Shown: positions 43,001 to 57,044 of the stretch, in pieces
Layout: each line of letters starts with the position of its first letter
Numbering within the stretch: position 1 is the stretch's first letter
Source: Eledone cirrhosa
Lineage: Eukaryota
Direction: 5' to 3'
NCBI GenBank assembly: GCA_964016885.1
Contig: OZ024751.1
Span: 32,674,001 to 32,738,000, forward strand
DNA: 64,000 nucleotides
Position numbers and translations under genes: made by a program
The notes under the pieces: model-generated
Told to the model about the DNA's origin: nothing
The model's input: only the letters and a program-made list of their open reading frames with translations
Databases searched by the model: none

Positions 43001-43223
43001 TAGGCACCAGTTATCGATCTCCATCGTGCCCTTATAATTGTTTCTACTTTAGGCACAAGGCCAGCAATTACCCAGTACATTACTGGTACTTTATTTTAAC
43101 GACCCCCGTAAGGATGAAAGGCAAAGTTAACCTCTGGCTGTCTGCATAACGACATTGTGATCCATACGTCAGCAATGACGTTAATCTTCGCCACATTCAC
43201 ACACACACGCGCATGCGCAGATA

Positions 43224-43272
<49 letters not shown>

Positions 43273-43655
43273 GTACGTATGTATGTATGTATGTATGTAT
43301 GTATGTGAGTTTCAGAAGATCCCGTTAAGGGTGAAAGCAGCGATTCTTTGCTTAAACTTTAATCTGTTATTTTAATAAATATATATATATATATATATCA
43401 TAATTGAATATAAAAGAAAAACGAACACAGATATATACATGTGTTCAAATAGTAAGGCATGAGATTCGCTAAGGTGAAAATAATACTAACTATAGACAAT
43501 TTAAGAATAAATCAATAAAATAAATACAAACTTGGCTGCTATCTTTAGTGGTGTGAGTTTGTGAGACACGCTAAGTTCAGATACCATGTGCGTTATATAT
43601 ACGCACACTATTCAGTTTTTTAATATACTTAGAAATGTCCATGATAATAATTCTT

Positions 43656-43733
43656 CATCCACTGATGAGCAAGAATTGGTATTCCTCTTCACAATTAATT
43701 TTGCGAAACAGCATTACCAAAGGTGTCTGGGTG
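43656..43733 (+). ncRNA. Type I hammerhead ribozyme motif
   Basis: catcca CTGATGA gcaagaattg...caattaattttgc GAAA ca...tg TC tgggtg (6-bp stem I, GUC). Confidence 0.72.
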
Positions 43734-43789
43734 ATTGGTACTTACCACAATTCCGGTTTGTATTTCTTTTCTTGATTTATTCTTAAATT

Positions 43790-44785
43790 GAGTCTGGCAA
43801 ACCCTATTGTCTCTAGTTAGTATTCTTTTCACCTTAGCGAAGCTGAACCCGGTGGTCAAACGGATCGGTCCCACCCGTGACAGCAGTCGTTCGACATAGC
43901 CCCACAGATAGGCAATGCGCGAGCACTGTACAATGCGTGTGCAACTGTTTCCTCGTCGCACCCGCATCTGGGACAGATCTTTTTCGAGGGGTCTCTACCA
44001 GGGCGCCCGTGTCTGTAGAGCCTTTCTCGAACGGGCAGAGCCCCTCGGTGGCACTGCCAGGCCAGGGACCTCTGGAAGTTATCCATAGGTCCCGGGCTGA
44101 ATGTCCTACCGAACAGGTTGGCCAGTTCGTTTTCCTCCATGCCTAGGGCTTCTCCGAGGGTGTTGCCGCACCTGCTAACCACCAGCCCTCTATAGAATGA
44201 CGAGTTGGATTCTCCACTGACAGCCGGGTCCGCCTGCCAGAGAGCCGTGAGCGCCTGGGCACACTCGGTGTGCCAGGCGCCCAATTTTCTCGGTCTTTGC
44301 TTGACCCAGGATTGCAGCTCGGTGAGCGAGACGAGTCTGGGAAAGGCTCGCCTCACAAACGGGGCCCACACCGGTTGACCGGTGATGAATACCTGGAGGT
44401 GCCGTAGCCTTAATGCGTGTTTACGCATCATCAGCCACGGCATCCCAGCCCGCCTTTCGAAGGGTGTTGACAGCAGATGGATCTCCTCACCATAGGAGCC
44501 CGCTTCTTCCAAAGGAATTGGAAGAGTGTGCGCTCCATTTTGGAGAGCGTTTCCCTTGGGCAAGGCACGACGGTCAGGCGGTAGTAGATGACGGACGCTA
44601 TGTGTTCGCCACCTCCGCCCGACGACGCCATTAACAACTCCAACTTCTGCAGCAGTGGCTCTAGTTATTACATACAGAAGGGAGGAGAGAGGGCAGGGCA
44701 CCCTTGTCGGATGGACCGCGCGATTTCGAACGGCTCCGAGAGGTAGCCGTTCACCTTGACAAGAGCAGAAGTGCGTGCCTGCCTG
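43790..44785 (-). mobile_element. L1/Tx1-like non-LTR retrotransposon fragment, internally deleted
   Basis: VKVNGYLSEPFEIARSIRQGCP, FLWKKRAPMVRRSICCQHPSKGGLG, AWQCHRGALPVRERL..CPRCGCDEETVAHAL (zf-RVT-like). Confidence 0.88.
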
Positions 44786-45947
44786 CCTGCCTTAAGTCGT
44801 CCATGTTGTGGCTCCAGGTGAAGAGTTTGTACCTGAGCACAAATATGCGTGCTCATTTGCATGGTGACATGTCTGCAGCATTTGGTGAGAATATTTTAGC
44901 ACTTTGTGAGGGCAAGGTCCCTGCGGATGACAAAGGCGGAATAGCAATCGACTCCCTGTGCAACATTGTGAGCAGCCCTTCTGACCTTTTGGAAGCAGTT
45001 TTTCCTAATGTCTCATCTAACTTAAAAAACCTCGATTAGCTCAGCGAAAGAGCCATCCTTGCTCGGAAAAATACCATGGTTAATTTTATTAACGAGCAGC
45101 TGATTGAGAAGATTCCCGCTAAAGAACACGTCTTCAAATCTATCGACCTGGCGTCAGACCCCGACGATATCGTTAATTATCCGGTTGAGTTATTAAATTC
45201 CCTTGAGCCCCCAGGGCTCCCACCTCTTATTCTTAAGCTTAGGCTGTCCCATTATGCTAATAAGGAACTTGCGTCCACCAAAGCAGTGCAACGGTACTCG
45301 CATGGTCGTCAAGTCAGTGACGCTCCACTTGATTGAGGCCACCATTGTAACGGGGTGCTGGAGAGGGGAGAATGTTTTCATTCCAAGGATGAACCTTTGC
45401 CCCTCGGCGTCAGATATCCCGTTCGATTTCCGGCGATCCCAATTCCCGGTGAGACCATTTTTTTTTTTTTCCAAGTCCATTAACAAGTCACAAGGGCAAA
45501 CATTGTTGGTGGCGGTTATCCATTTGGGGGAGTCATGCTTCTCCCATGGCCAACTTTATGTTGCCAGTTTCCGCGTATGGAGCAGGAATGGACTTTTTGC
45601 TTACACTCCTCAAGGGATGACACGCAATATCGTCTACAATGAAGTGCTATAGATGTTTGAGTTATGCCGTCTGGAAAACTGGTTGGGTCACCCATAGCGG
45701 ACAGATCTGACACGCAGCGGCATCAGGGCTACCATCTTGCAACTTTGTTCTATTAAATTCGCTATTGGAAGATTATTAAGCCATCATTGATTGTCCAAAA
45801 TGCTAATTGGTTTGTAACTATTAATAACCGGTTCAACTGCTTTATGCACTTAATTGATAAGATTATGCGCTTTCAAGCTACGTTTACCTGTATGTAACTT
45901 TTCATAGCAAATGAACAAACCCGAGTAACGCCGGGCTAAACTGCTAG
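44786..45947 (+). mobile_element. Helitron 3' portion (PIF1-like helicase C-terminus, degraded)
   Basis: LSTNMR, YPVELLNSLEPPGLP, IMLIRNLRPPKQCNGTR, QFPVR..SINKSQGQT..FSHGQLYVA..TRNIVYNEVL. 3' hairpin cccgagtaacgccggg then CTAG|T at 45944-45947. Confidence 0.92.
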
Positions 45948-46734
45948 TTATCAATAATGTTATATCTCGCAATGGCCATACTCGATAACGAGGGCGCAGT
46001 CATTATGTATGGTGTTGTGATTTTTATGTACAGTATATTATTATTAGATGGGTAACGTGCCTGCAGTAATCGGTAGAGCGTCCTCTCAAAATGTTTGCAT
46101 TTTGCCCAAAGCAGAAACAATTATTATTGTTGTTTGTAGTATTAGTAGTAGTATTCATTCTATTTTGTGTTCCACGTGGTTGATATTTCATCACCACAAC
46201 ATCACCACACCACTACATCACCACGCCACCACACCAACACACCACTACACCAACACTGTCGCCACCAGTTGGGCTACGTAGTCAAAGTGAAGGAAATAGA
46301 ATTGGTGAAAGATAGACATACTGATAGAAAGATATATGTATATATAGAGAGAGGAGGGGGGTAGATAGAAAGACAGTTATAGAGATACAGACAATTACGC
46401 GTGTTGTTGTTTCTTTGATTCCGATAATACACATGTGTATCTAACAGTGATGATATGTCATAGATTATTGAGAGGAAATGAATATTTACAAAGAAAAGCT
46501 GAAATATAATTTTTAAAAAATTAACGAATATTTATTTTTTATCTTTTGGAGTCAGTCAACATTTACCGCCATGTTCTTTGTTCTTTGTTAACAATAAAAG
46601 AATCTAATTTCTGACATACACCCTACTTCCGATCTTTAACCGCAGCCATTATATCAGAATGTATCTGTGCGTATGTCAAACTGAGTGCATGTGTATGGGT
46701 AGGTGTATATATAAAAATGTGTGTGTGAGTTGGT

Positions 46735-47553
46735 CCCAGGTTCAATCTGGGGTAACCACAGTAAGGTACTCAATACATAGCAGAGTATAAATATTGAATC
46801 TAGAAATGTCTTCTGCAGGAGTAGAACTGTATATTATATATATAATTTGTCTGTGGTATATATAGATGAATGTTTGATGCTGAATCTCCCCGAGAATCAC
46901 GCTCTAAGTGTTTATATTTATCTAAAAACCTTTATGTCCCAAACACTCTTTTCGGCTGAGTATTTTACAGCTGACAATGTAGCGACAGCCAGTTTTGGAG
47001 CATGGCGTTGGATGGCACAACTATGCGAAGTGACCAGTGATATCATTATGAGGAGGAAGAGGCCAGTTTGCCGCACCGAATCCTTCTCACAGCGGCACCC
47101 CAATTTCGGAGCCGGGCCCTCTCCCCGCGATGGATACTTCTCAATACGAAAGACGACCGTGGCAGCCTGGGACTAGATTGCACTGTTATGAGAAGTGACA
47201 GTCCAGTTGGCCGCTCGAAACCCCTTTCACAGCGGCAGCACAGTATCGGATCCAAGTACTGTGAATTGGATGGACACTTCTTAATACAAAACGTGCTAAG
47301 GTGTGACTTGACAATGATGAGAAACCGGAACCAGACATTGTGAAGGACTGTTTGAGGGGAGGGATGTATGTATACGGTCATTAAAACACACGCACGCTCG
47401 TATATAACTCTCCTGAATGAAAGTTATAGTCATGTAGAAGTCATTACTATATTAAATATTTATACTCTGTTATGAATTGAGTACCTTACTTACTGTTGTT
47501 AGCTGTGATTGAACCCGGAATAAACTTTACACGTTTTTGGAAACACCCTGTAT
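46735..47553. mobile_element. Degraded Tc1-like element with ~90 bp inverted repeats
   Basis: ggttcaatc...cagtaaggtactcaat..cagagtataaatatt is mirrored at ~47455-47520; right end ...aaacaccctg|TA; internal RKRPV../PVGRSKPLSQR-like remnants. Confidence 0.55.
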
Positions 47554-47589
47554 ATATATCATTTGAGATGTAAATATCACATACTTAAG

Positions 47590-48745
47590 AGAGATAGATG
47601 TTAGAACTCGAAAACTTGTCAGTGTTACTGGGAACTTTGGTGATGTGGATAGGCTGTACTTGTCATGCAAGGAAGGTGGCCGGGGTCTAAAATCCATATT
47701 AACATCATATGACACCCGGATAGTAACACTGAAGCAACATCTTCAACAGAGGAAAAGTTTTATGGCCCAGGTTTATGAGCATGAAAAAAAAATATCATTA
47801 GGATAGCCACTGATCTGGAGGAGAGATATGGAATAAAGCCTGATATAAATCTCTCGCCCAGAGAAATCGGAAGATCCTATTCACTGTTCAAAGAAGATGA
47901 AAAAATTGACCAATTTACAGAAAAAGTTGTGCACGTATACTTGAGACGTAAAACACAGACCATAGAGGTGATAAACCACTCAAAAAGCCTGGCATGGAGT
48001 TCCGACAAGTTTATGACATGACACCTTGAGGGATATCTCTATGCAATACAGGAAAAAGAACTCCCTACCAAATATCTGCTGCACAAAAGAGGAGGGCCAT
48101 CAGCTGACAATAAATGTAGGCTTATGTAAAACAAAGATTGAAGATGTAAGCGACATTGTTGCCAGCTGCGAAAGAATGTCATCTCGCTACTACCTCCCCA
48201 TGAGACACGATGGGATAGCTAGAACGATCTGGAACGCAAACGAGGAAGAATATATCGAGACAGATTGCACTAAGGAATACTGGTGGAACCTGAAAATAAA
48301 AACTGCCACCAAATTAAAGCACAACCGGCCTGATATTGTTGTTTGGGACCACCCATTGAAAACGTGTTGTGGAGATCAGTTGCCCACTTGATGTAAACGT
48401 TGTCAGAAAAATACAGGAGGAGGACATCTCCGGACCATTGATGAGGAGTTTACAAATCCAGTATCCAAAATACACCTTTAGCTTCATACCCATCATTATT
48501 GGAGCTACGGGTTATATACCAACCCGCTTGGACCAAAGTATGACTGAACTTGGATTTGCTGACAAAGAGCGCAGCTCCCTTCCCTAATTCATAGTCTACA
48601 AGTGGCTGCGATAGTTGGCACCTTCAAAATTTGCAAAACATTCTTGCGATTCAAGGGATGACAATTTCTTTTCTTTTACAACCTTGCCACCAGGAAGGTG
48701 ACCGGTCAAAAAATATATTCGAAATTAAGAGAAAGAGATCACCTA
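47590..48745 (+). mobile_element. R4/Dong-clade non-LTR retrotransposon 3' part with restriction-like endonuclease
   Basis: IDVRTRKL, VDRLYLSCKEGGRGL, YYLPMRHD, KHNRPDIVVWD, EISCPLD, IPIIIGATG. Confidence 0.88.
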
Positions 48746-49595
48746 CATGTATATGTGTGTGTGTGTGTGTATGTATGTATTTGTATATATATATTTATTT
48801 ATTTATTTCATTATATTTGTTCCACTCCACGTGGTTTATATTTCACCACCACACCGCCATCAAACGACCACACCGCCATCAAACCACCACACCAACAACA
48901 CTCGCCACCACCGCCATCATTTGAACTACGTTGTCAAACCCGACATGACAAGAAAATGAAATACATGCTATGTGGTAAAGTCAGAGTTTCAAGAGTTTGA
49001 CAAAATGAGATGTTTTGATTGGTGAGAAGGATGAAGGCGATGTACTGGCCTGTAGTGTATATGGGGGTGGGTGTGATGGTGAGATGTTGGTGACGGTCTG
49101 TGGATGAGGTGGGCTGTGGTGTGGTGGTGGTGGGTTGGTATTTAGTGGGATGGGCTGTGGTGTGAGGTTAGTGGACTGTCTGTAGACGGGTTGGCGTGTG
49201 GTAGTGGCGCCTTTGTCTATGGTAGCGGCGTTTTTGGTGGTGTGGTGGATGTATTGGTGGCGTCAGGTATTTACATAGATACATAGACGCTCTTCGTCTG
49301 ACAGATACCTTGTATATACGTATACGTACACACATATATGTATATATGTGCACATATATTGTTGTATAAACACACACAACATAAGACACATACGCACATC
49401 CTTGCCCACACATATCGGCATACGCTCACACACAGCCATATGTATATGTACACACATGTATGTGCATGCGCGCATGCGGACACGAATATGAAGAGTGGTG
49501 GAGTATCGGTGGGGGTGGCGAACGACAGAGATGGGGGAAGGACTCACACTCATGTATGCAAGATATACACATACACACTCCCACACACGTATACT

Positions 49596-49637
<42 letters not shown>

Positions 49638-49792
49638 TGTACCGACAACACACACATACACGCACATAGTCAGATTTACCCATATACATATATGGAGACG
49701 TACACACACATACACATATGCATACACATACACATACACATATATATATATATATATACACACACACATAGACATATGTATATACATGTGTT

Positions 49793-49824
<32 letters not shown>

Positions 49825-50248
49825 GATAAATTTGCGTACACGCACGCACACTTAAAACGCCCGTATGAGTAAAATACTTACACACAGACACACACACTAT
49901 TGTTGGTTGGGGAGTGGAGGTATGTTTTGTCGGTGTTGGTGAAGTATGGAGTTGTTTTGTGGTGGTGGTGGTGGTGGTGGTGGAGTTGTGAGGGACAAAA
50001 ATATATATACCGGATCGAATACCGGTTAAAAGGTGAGATAGGGAACGCGGGGGAAAAGCGTTTATGGACGTACGGCGATGTGTGTTGTGGACATGGTGAT
50101 GGTGGTGGTGGTGGTGGTGCTGGGGTGATATGTTCGGCAAGATGATTACATGATCAGAGGTTACGGTGTGTTATATGGTAGGCAGGCGGGGGGTGGGGGG
50201 TATATAATTGTTTCTACTTTAGGCACAAGGCCAGCAAATAGCCAGTGT

Positions 50249-51125
50249 ATGGCCGGCGGGTGGATCGGTGAGGGCATCCTCTATGGGGGGGGTCACCTGA
50301 ACCTGGCGGAGAATGGACCGCACGTCCAAGACGGAGACTGCAAAGCTTGCAGCATCGAGGCTAACATTCACCACCTCCGACTTGGCTGAGTTGACCTGGA
50401 GGTCGATTCCCGCCAGGGCAGGAACCACCGATTGAAGGTCATGGCAGACCGCCTGTACGGGCCCACCCAAAGTAGCATCATCCAGATACCAAACGTTGAG
50501 AGGGGCCGTTATACTCCAGGCGATGTGGTCAATACCAAGGGTGAACAGGAGGGGTCCCAAAGGGTTGCCCTGTTGGATCCCAGTAGCCAAGGGTATGACC
50601 GTATCAGCAGCATGGCGCATGCTTGGGGCTCCATATGACAGGTAGGCAGAGGGGGCTCGGCTGAGGCAGGCCTCGAGCAGATGATCCCAGCGTAAAGAGT
50701 TGAAGGCATTCCTCATGTCAAACTTGACAATGAGGTGGCTGGAGGCCCTGGATGCCAGTTCCGAGTGTTACGGACTTGCAGATTACCTTGGCAGCCAGCC
50801 TCCGGAAGACATTGCCCACAGCAATGGGGCGTATGCCATCCTCTTTCTTCCTGAGAGCGGTGAGGCTGGCCGAAAAAAAGAGGCCTCGAGCATAAGAGTC
50901 CAGGGCGCCATGGATGAGCCTATTGGTGAGCGCCACAATTGCACTCAGAAGGCGGCGCCCGGCCTCAGCGGAGAGGGGAGATATCAACTCCTTGAGGAGG
51001 CCTGGTCAGAGACCATCAACATCTCCGCAGCTGCTAGCTGGGAAGGACCTGATGGCGGACATGATGTCTGCATCAGAAGCCACAAGGAGCAAGTGTGGAT
51101 TACAATACAAAACCTCTGAGAATGA
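50249..51125 (-). mobile_element. CRE-clade retrotransposon RT fragment (duplicate of 56170-57044)
   Basis: KKEDGIRPIAVGNVFRRL, DMRNAFNSL, GIQQGNPLGPLLF, WYLDD. Confidence 0.88.
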
Positions 51126-51184
51126 TTTCTAAGATATTTCACCATAATTAATTTTCATCAATATATATTAATATTATTATTGTT

Positions 51185-51440
51185 TATTAGGTCAGGTGGA
51201 TTGGCCAGAACAATTCTACTCTTCTTTTTTAGATGTCACGATTTTTCATGGCATTCCTGAGATCATTAATCTCCAGCTGGAGATCCAGTGACATCTGATG
51301 TATGTAGGTGAACCTCAGTCATCCCACTTGGGTCTTACTATGTTTAGGTATCCACCACAGGAGCCAGCTCATCAGGTCATCCTACCCTCAGCAGCACTGT
51401 CCAGCATCTATTGATTTCCGCTCCCTAGTTATTGTGGTAA
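51185..51440 (-). mobile_element. RTE-X 3' end fragment (also at ~57104-57360)
   Basis: LLWWIPKHSKTQVG*LRFTYIHQM...DLRNAMKNRD. Confidence 0.65.
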
Positions 51441-52589
51441 TCTTCGATATCTGGGAATATATTTCTTCTGCTTAAGGGAGTAATAAATATATAGTTTTAA
51501 AAAAAACATATATATACACACACATATATATATGTTGTCATTTATAAGAGTTCTCTATCAAAAGCCTTCTCTATGTCCAAAGCTAAGTATAGTGGCTTAT
51601 TTTTCTCTAAGAACCTCTTTTGTAGTTGTCTCACTAAGAAGAGGGCATCTGTTGCACTTTTCAGCGGCACAAAACCAAACTGCATCTCATACACATACAT
51701 ACATATACATACATACATACATACATATACACATACATACATACATCATCATCATCATCATCATCATCATTTCGTTTTAAGTCCGCTTTTTCCCTGCTTG
51801 TAAGGGTGGGACAGGAACTGATTCTGGCTTGATTTCTACAGCTGGATGCCCTTCCTAACACCAACCTCATTTACAGTGAGTGCTGAGTGCTTTTTTGCCG
51901 TGGCACCTCCACGACCACTTTGCAGTGGAATGATATGGACCCCAGTCCCTATCATCTCATTTCTACAGCTGAGTAAACTGGAGCAATGTGAAATAAAGTG
52001 TCTTGCTCAAGGAAACAACACATCACCCGGTCTGAGAATTGAACTCACAACCTTTCGATTGCCAGGCCAATGCTCGAACCACTAAGCCATGTGCCTCCAT
52101 ATACATATACATACACATACATATACATACATATATATATACATACATACATATATACACATACATACATACACATACATACACATATACATACATATAC
52201 ATACATAGATATATATATATACATACATACACATACATAAGCATATACAGATAAGTATATATACATATACACACGTATATATACATATACATACATACAT
52301 ATATACACATACATACATATATACATACATACACACATATATACATATACACATACATACATATACATACATATACACATACATACATATACATACATAT
52401 ACACATACATACATATATATATATACATACACACACATATATACATACACACACATATATACAAACACATACATATACACATATATACACATACATACAC
52501 ATACATATACATACATATACACATATACACTCATATATACATATACATACATACACACACATACATACATATATACATATACATACATA

Positions 52590-53137
52590 AAGACAAATCC
52601 ACCTCATGGACGAGAATGCAAGGGCTCCTCCTCTTTGTTTCGGCCGCGGATGGCTAACCCTAACCCCATCCCCGCTCCCCACCGCTCCCAACCTCCAAAC
52701 GCAATCCAAAACTTCAGAGTTGGTACCATTAATGTAGGCACCTTATAGGGTGGCTCTAACGAGGTTGTAGAAATGCTTGAACGTAAGGAGGACGATGTTT
52801 GTTGTATTCAAGAGACCAGGTGGAGGGGTGGGTCTGCTAGATTCATCGTGGGTAAAGAACGATGCTATACGCTTTTCTGTGTGGCAAATGACAATGGGCT
52901 GGGTATACACATACCACCCCACCGCCCCACCGCAAAGTGGTCGTGGAGGCGCCGCGGCCAAAAAGCACCCAGCCCACACTGTAAAGCTGACGTGGAGGTG
53001 CCACGGAAAAAAAAAAGCACCCAGCACTCACTGCAAACGGGGTTGGCGTCAGGAAGGGCACCCAGCTGTAGAAACCAATCCAGAATCAGCTCCCACCCCA
53101 CCCTTGCAAGCATGGAAAAGCGGACGTATGATGAAGT

Positions 53138-53140
<3 letters not shown>
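52590..53140 (+). mobile_element. Internally deleted RTE element (APE N-terminus fused to 3' UTR)
   Basis: [34 protein letters not shown] is joined to the tail ggttggcgtcaggaagggcacccagctgtagaaacc...ggacgt, which is shared with 61280-61440. Confidence 0.8.
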
Positions 53141-53202
<62 letters not shown>

Positions 53203-54233
53203 TATATATATACACATATATATATACACACATATATATCAGTGTACATATATATATACATATATATATATATATAAATGAATATTTATTCAATTTAAAG
53301 CGCCAATTATCTATATATAACAAGATATGAATTTTTCTAGGGATGGGGAAATTTTCAGTTTGTTTTTATATTTTCACTTCATTTTTTACTTTCTATTTAA
53401 TACAGTCTTTGATCCAATATAATCCTGACAGTATTTGAACCAGTTTACCTCATATATATGTATGCACACACAACACTCAAGTTTCGCCATCTACTGCTAT
53501 TTCATTCATATTTATTGTTTAATTAACTCTGGTCTAATTCATCAACTATTGTTAATTATATTATTACGTAGATTTCTTATAAAATCTAGTGCATATATAC
53601 GTGTATATATACAGGGAGACACTGTAATAGATGTAAAGAGAGTGGGAGATAGAGTTATAGAAGTAAAGAGAGGGGGAGAACTAAGCGGTAGATAGAGTAA
53701 TAGATGTAAAGAGAGGGTTAGAACGTTCAACTTGACAGTCAGTACAATGTTCAGCATGGTAGCCAGTACATATGCCAACTACCCAACCGGCCAGCCAGCC
53801 GCATATGCGGTTGACTGGCCAGTTGGGCGGTTGGTATGTGGAACGTTCAACTACGCAGTCAGTACCAAAGTTCAACATTGTAGCCAGTGCATATGCCGAT
53901 CGCCGCGCCCTCTTTGCTCTATTTTAATGACCTGGAACTAAGTAAAAAGAGTAGGAGATAACTCGACAAGAGCGGAGAGGGTGAGATTCGAACCATGTAA
54001 AGTCGTTGGCTCCTGAACTTTGTAAGCGGGGCTGCTACTGACTGAGCAGCGCCGGCAGCAAGGCAAATCGCGCATAAAATAACGCTTATATCGACAAAAA
54101 AAAAAAAAAAATTTCAATGTTGCACTCTTGTTTGTTCTTTTATTTTACGTAAACATTTCGCTGCTCTAGCCTCTTATTTCCTATTAGATTACACTTAATT
54201 CCATTAAACATTCATTCTTAGTCTCGTGGTAAA
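52800..54233 (+). repeat. Local direct duplication, block B (copy at 62593-64000, running off the window)
   Basis: Co-linear sequence with small indels. Confidence 0.95.
53972..54056 (-). mobile_element. tRNA-like Pol III head, SINE-type (copy at 63737-63821)
   Basis: A-box-like gctcagtcagta and B-box ggttcgaatc; acceptor and T stems do not pair. Confidence 0.55.
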
Positions 54234-54999
54234 CTATTTCATCTATATTTATATCGCTGTTACAGCCTTTTATTTCTACATCTATCACCTATAGCCACTG
54301 TTACGCCGGTAGTATAAGTAGCTTTATAACAAGAAACGATGATATAACTCCACAAAATGTCTTCTTCAGCAAGACACTTCACTTCATATTGCTCCAGTAC
54401 ACCGAGTTACACATAGACAGATACATACATACATACACAGATAGAAATGAGAGGTAGATAGAGTAAAAGATTTAAAGAGAGTGTGAGAAGTACGAGTTAG
54501 ATAGTGTAAAAGATTTAAAGAGAGGGTGAGAGTGTGACACACATTTATCTGTCTATCTCTCTCTATTTTAACACCGGTCGTTATAATTAGTTTTATAACA
54601 CCGCTATATTACCGACATGAAAGAGGTAAATAATTATTTCTTAAATGTTTAGAACATGTTTCTCTTGTCTTCTTAAATGTATAGAACATGTTTCTTATTT
54701 ATATTCTTAACATAGCTAGGACCTTATCTCATTTACTGGTCTCTACTTTTAGGGCTTTGCTGGTCCCATGTGCCCTCCATGAAGACACACTCGCCCCTTC
54801 TCTCTCAGTCTCCGTACTAATTACTACACATACGTATATATATTTATTTTAAGAAACCTTAATGACAAATAATATAAAGTGTTTGTAAAGTGGGGAAGAG
54901 TAGTTTTACGGTGGGGTTGTTATATAGATATCGTTTTTGCAGTGGGGTCGTGACTGGCGGAGTCACTGTTGATGTATATACAAATCATGTTTTGGATAT

Positions 55000-57044
55000 A
55001 AGTGAAGTTATTTAAGAGATTTAGTTGTTTTGTATACATTCATAACGGTACGCGATGGGACCCACCCACAGCCCCGGCGGACAGAATGGAGAAGGCGTTT
55101 CCCCGGAGCACGGCAAGGGAGACGCGCTGGAAAAGCCACTCCTACTCGCGGGGCTCACACCTGCGGCTGGCCAGCTCAGCGCCTATGGTGGTGAGTAAGG
55201 AGGTAGCCCTGGGGCCGAGGACACCAGAAGTCTCCACTTCCAGGGGTACGACCGCAAACCTGTCGGAGAGTGAACGATATGTGAGGAGTTTGGCCCCCTC
55301 AGCCTGACGTGCAGCAGAACCTGGGCCAGTCGCAGACTGCACCAGGTTGCGGCTGCAGAAAGTGTCGGTGCAAGTGGCATCCCAGACGAGGGGTTTGCCA
55401 CCGCGGAACGGGAAGATGGTCATGCCATCTAGCCTTTTGCCGTCCCCTCGAGCTGGGAAGGGAAGCCTGCAGCGTCCAAGCCATGCTTAATGACTTCGTT
55501 GAGGGCAGCATGGCGTGGATTGCGGGTGGAGGCCGAAAGAGTCCATGGTGGAACGGCAGCGACATTGGTGTGAGGCCGAGCCTCAGGGAAACGCCGATGC
55601 GCAAGCTATTGTTGTCTAGCTGCGTGCGAGTGGAGAAGGAGGGCAGGGCATGGAGCCAGGCCCCACTGTGGGGTTTGGAGGCTGCACGAAAACAAACAAG
55701 GCGGTGCTGGTCGAGCTGGCACGTGAGCCTGTCTGAGGCCAGGCTGCACTGGATGGCATCCCAAGTGTGTTGGGGGGGACTTGACGTCAACAGGGGGAGA
55801 AGGAGGAGGAACGTCTACTGGGCTAAGTCCCAGCCGGTCCCACGTCTCACAGGCGGCCACGCGTTCTCTGAACACAGAGGGTTCTGTTGTGTTTTGAAGA
55901 ACCCTGCTGAAGAGGACGTGGTACGAGGTTACCGACGAAAGATATGCCGGCAAAGCTAGTGAGATCGGGGACTGGAGGCGAAGGCCGCCATACCTGACAG
56001 GTAAAGTTGCATATCTCATCGGCTGCTGCTCGGATACAAGTTTAGGTGTAGCACAGAGTGTATAGAGGAGCTTCGGCATGGCGTAGCAGTTCCTCAGCAG
56101 AAAGAGAACTGGGTGGCCATCAATCAAGCCCAGTCGGCTCGTGAGAGTCTGGACTTGATGGAGGAGCGGATGGCCGGCGGGTGGATCGGTGAGGGCATCC
56201 TCTTTGGGGGGTCACCTGAACCTGGCGGAGAATGGACCGCACGTCCAAGACGGAGACTGCAAAGCTTGCAGCATCGAGGCTGACATTCACCACCTCCGAC
56301 TTGGCTGAGTTGACCTGGAGGTCGATTCCCGCCAGGGCAGGAACCACCGATTGAAGGTCATGGCAGACCGCCTGTACGGGCCCACCCAAAGTAGCATCAT
56401 CCAGATACCAAACGTTGAGAGGGGCCGTTATACTCCAGGCGATGTGGTCAATACCAAGGGTGAACAGGAGGGGTCCCAAAGGGTTGCCCTGTTGGATCCC
56501 AGTAGCCAAGGGTATGACCGTATCAGCAGCATGGCGCATGCTTGGGGCTCCATATGACAGGTAGGCAGAGGGGGCTCGGCTGAGGCAGGCCTCGAGCAGA
56601 TGATCCCAGCGTAAAGAGTTGAAGGCATTCCTCATGTCAAACTTGACAATGAGGTGGCTGGAGGCCCTGGATGCCGGTTCCGAGTGTTACGGACTTGCAG
56701 ATTACCTTGGCAGCCAGCCTCCGGAAGACATTGCCCACAGCAATGGGGCGTATGCCATCCTCTTTCTTCCTGAGAGCGGTGAGGCTGGCCGAAAAAAAGA
56801 GGCCTCGAGCATAAGAGTCCAGGGCGCCATGGATGAGCCTATTGGTGAGCGCCACAATTGCACTCAGAAGGCGGCGCCCGGCCTCAGCGGAGAGGGGAGA
56901 TATCAACTCCTTGAGGAGGCCTGGTCAGAGACCATCAACATCTCCGCAGCTGCTAGCTGGGAAGGACCTGATGGCGGACATGATGTCTGCATCAGAAGCC
57001 ACAAGGAGCAAGTGTGGATTACAATACAAAACCTCTGAGAATGA
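55000..57044 (-). mobile_element. CRE-clade non-LTR retrotransposon, 5'-truncated and frameshifted (RT plus restriction-like endonuclease)
   Basis: RT motifs as above; LLRNCYAMPKLLY, LPVRYGGL, HSGAWLHALP, GKPLVWDATCTDT, VPLEVETSGVLG, QRVSLAVLRGNA. Confidence 0.9.

Larger units (their letters stand above)
50249..51668 (+). repeat. Local direct duplication, block A (copy at 56170-57587)
   Basis: Co-linear with only a handful of substitutions; spans CRE, RTE-X and RTE fragments. Confidence 0.95.

Noticed and set aside
53972-54056. Functional tRNA gene
   Set aside because: A/B boxes are present, but the acceptor and T stems do not pair.
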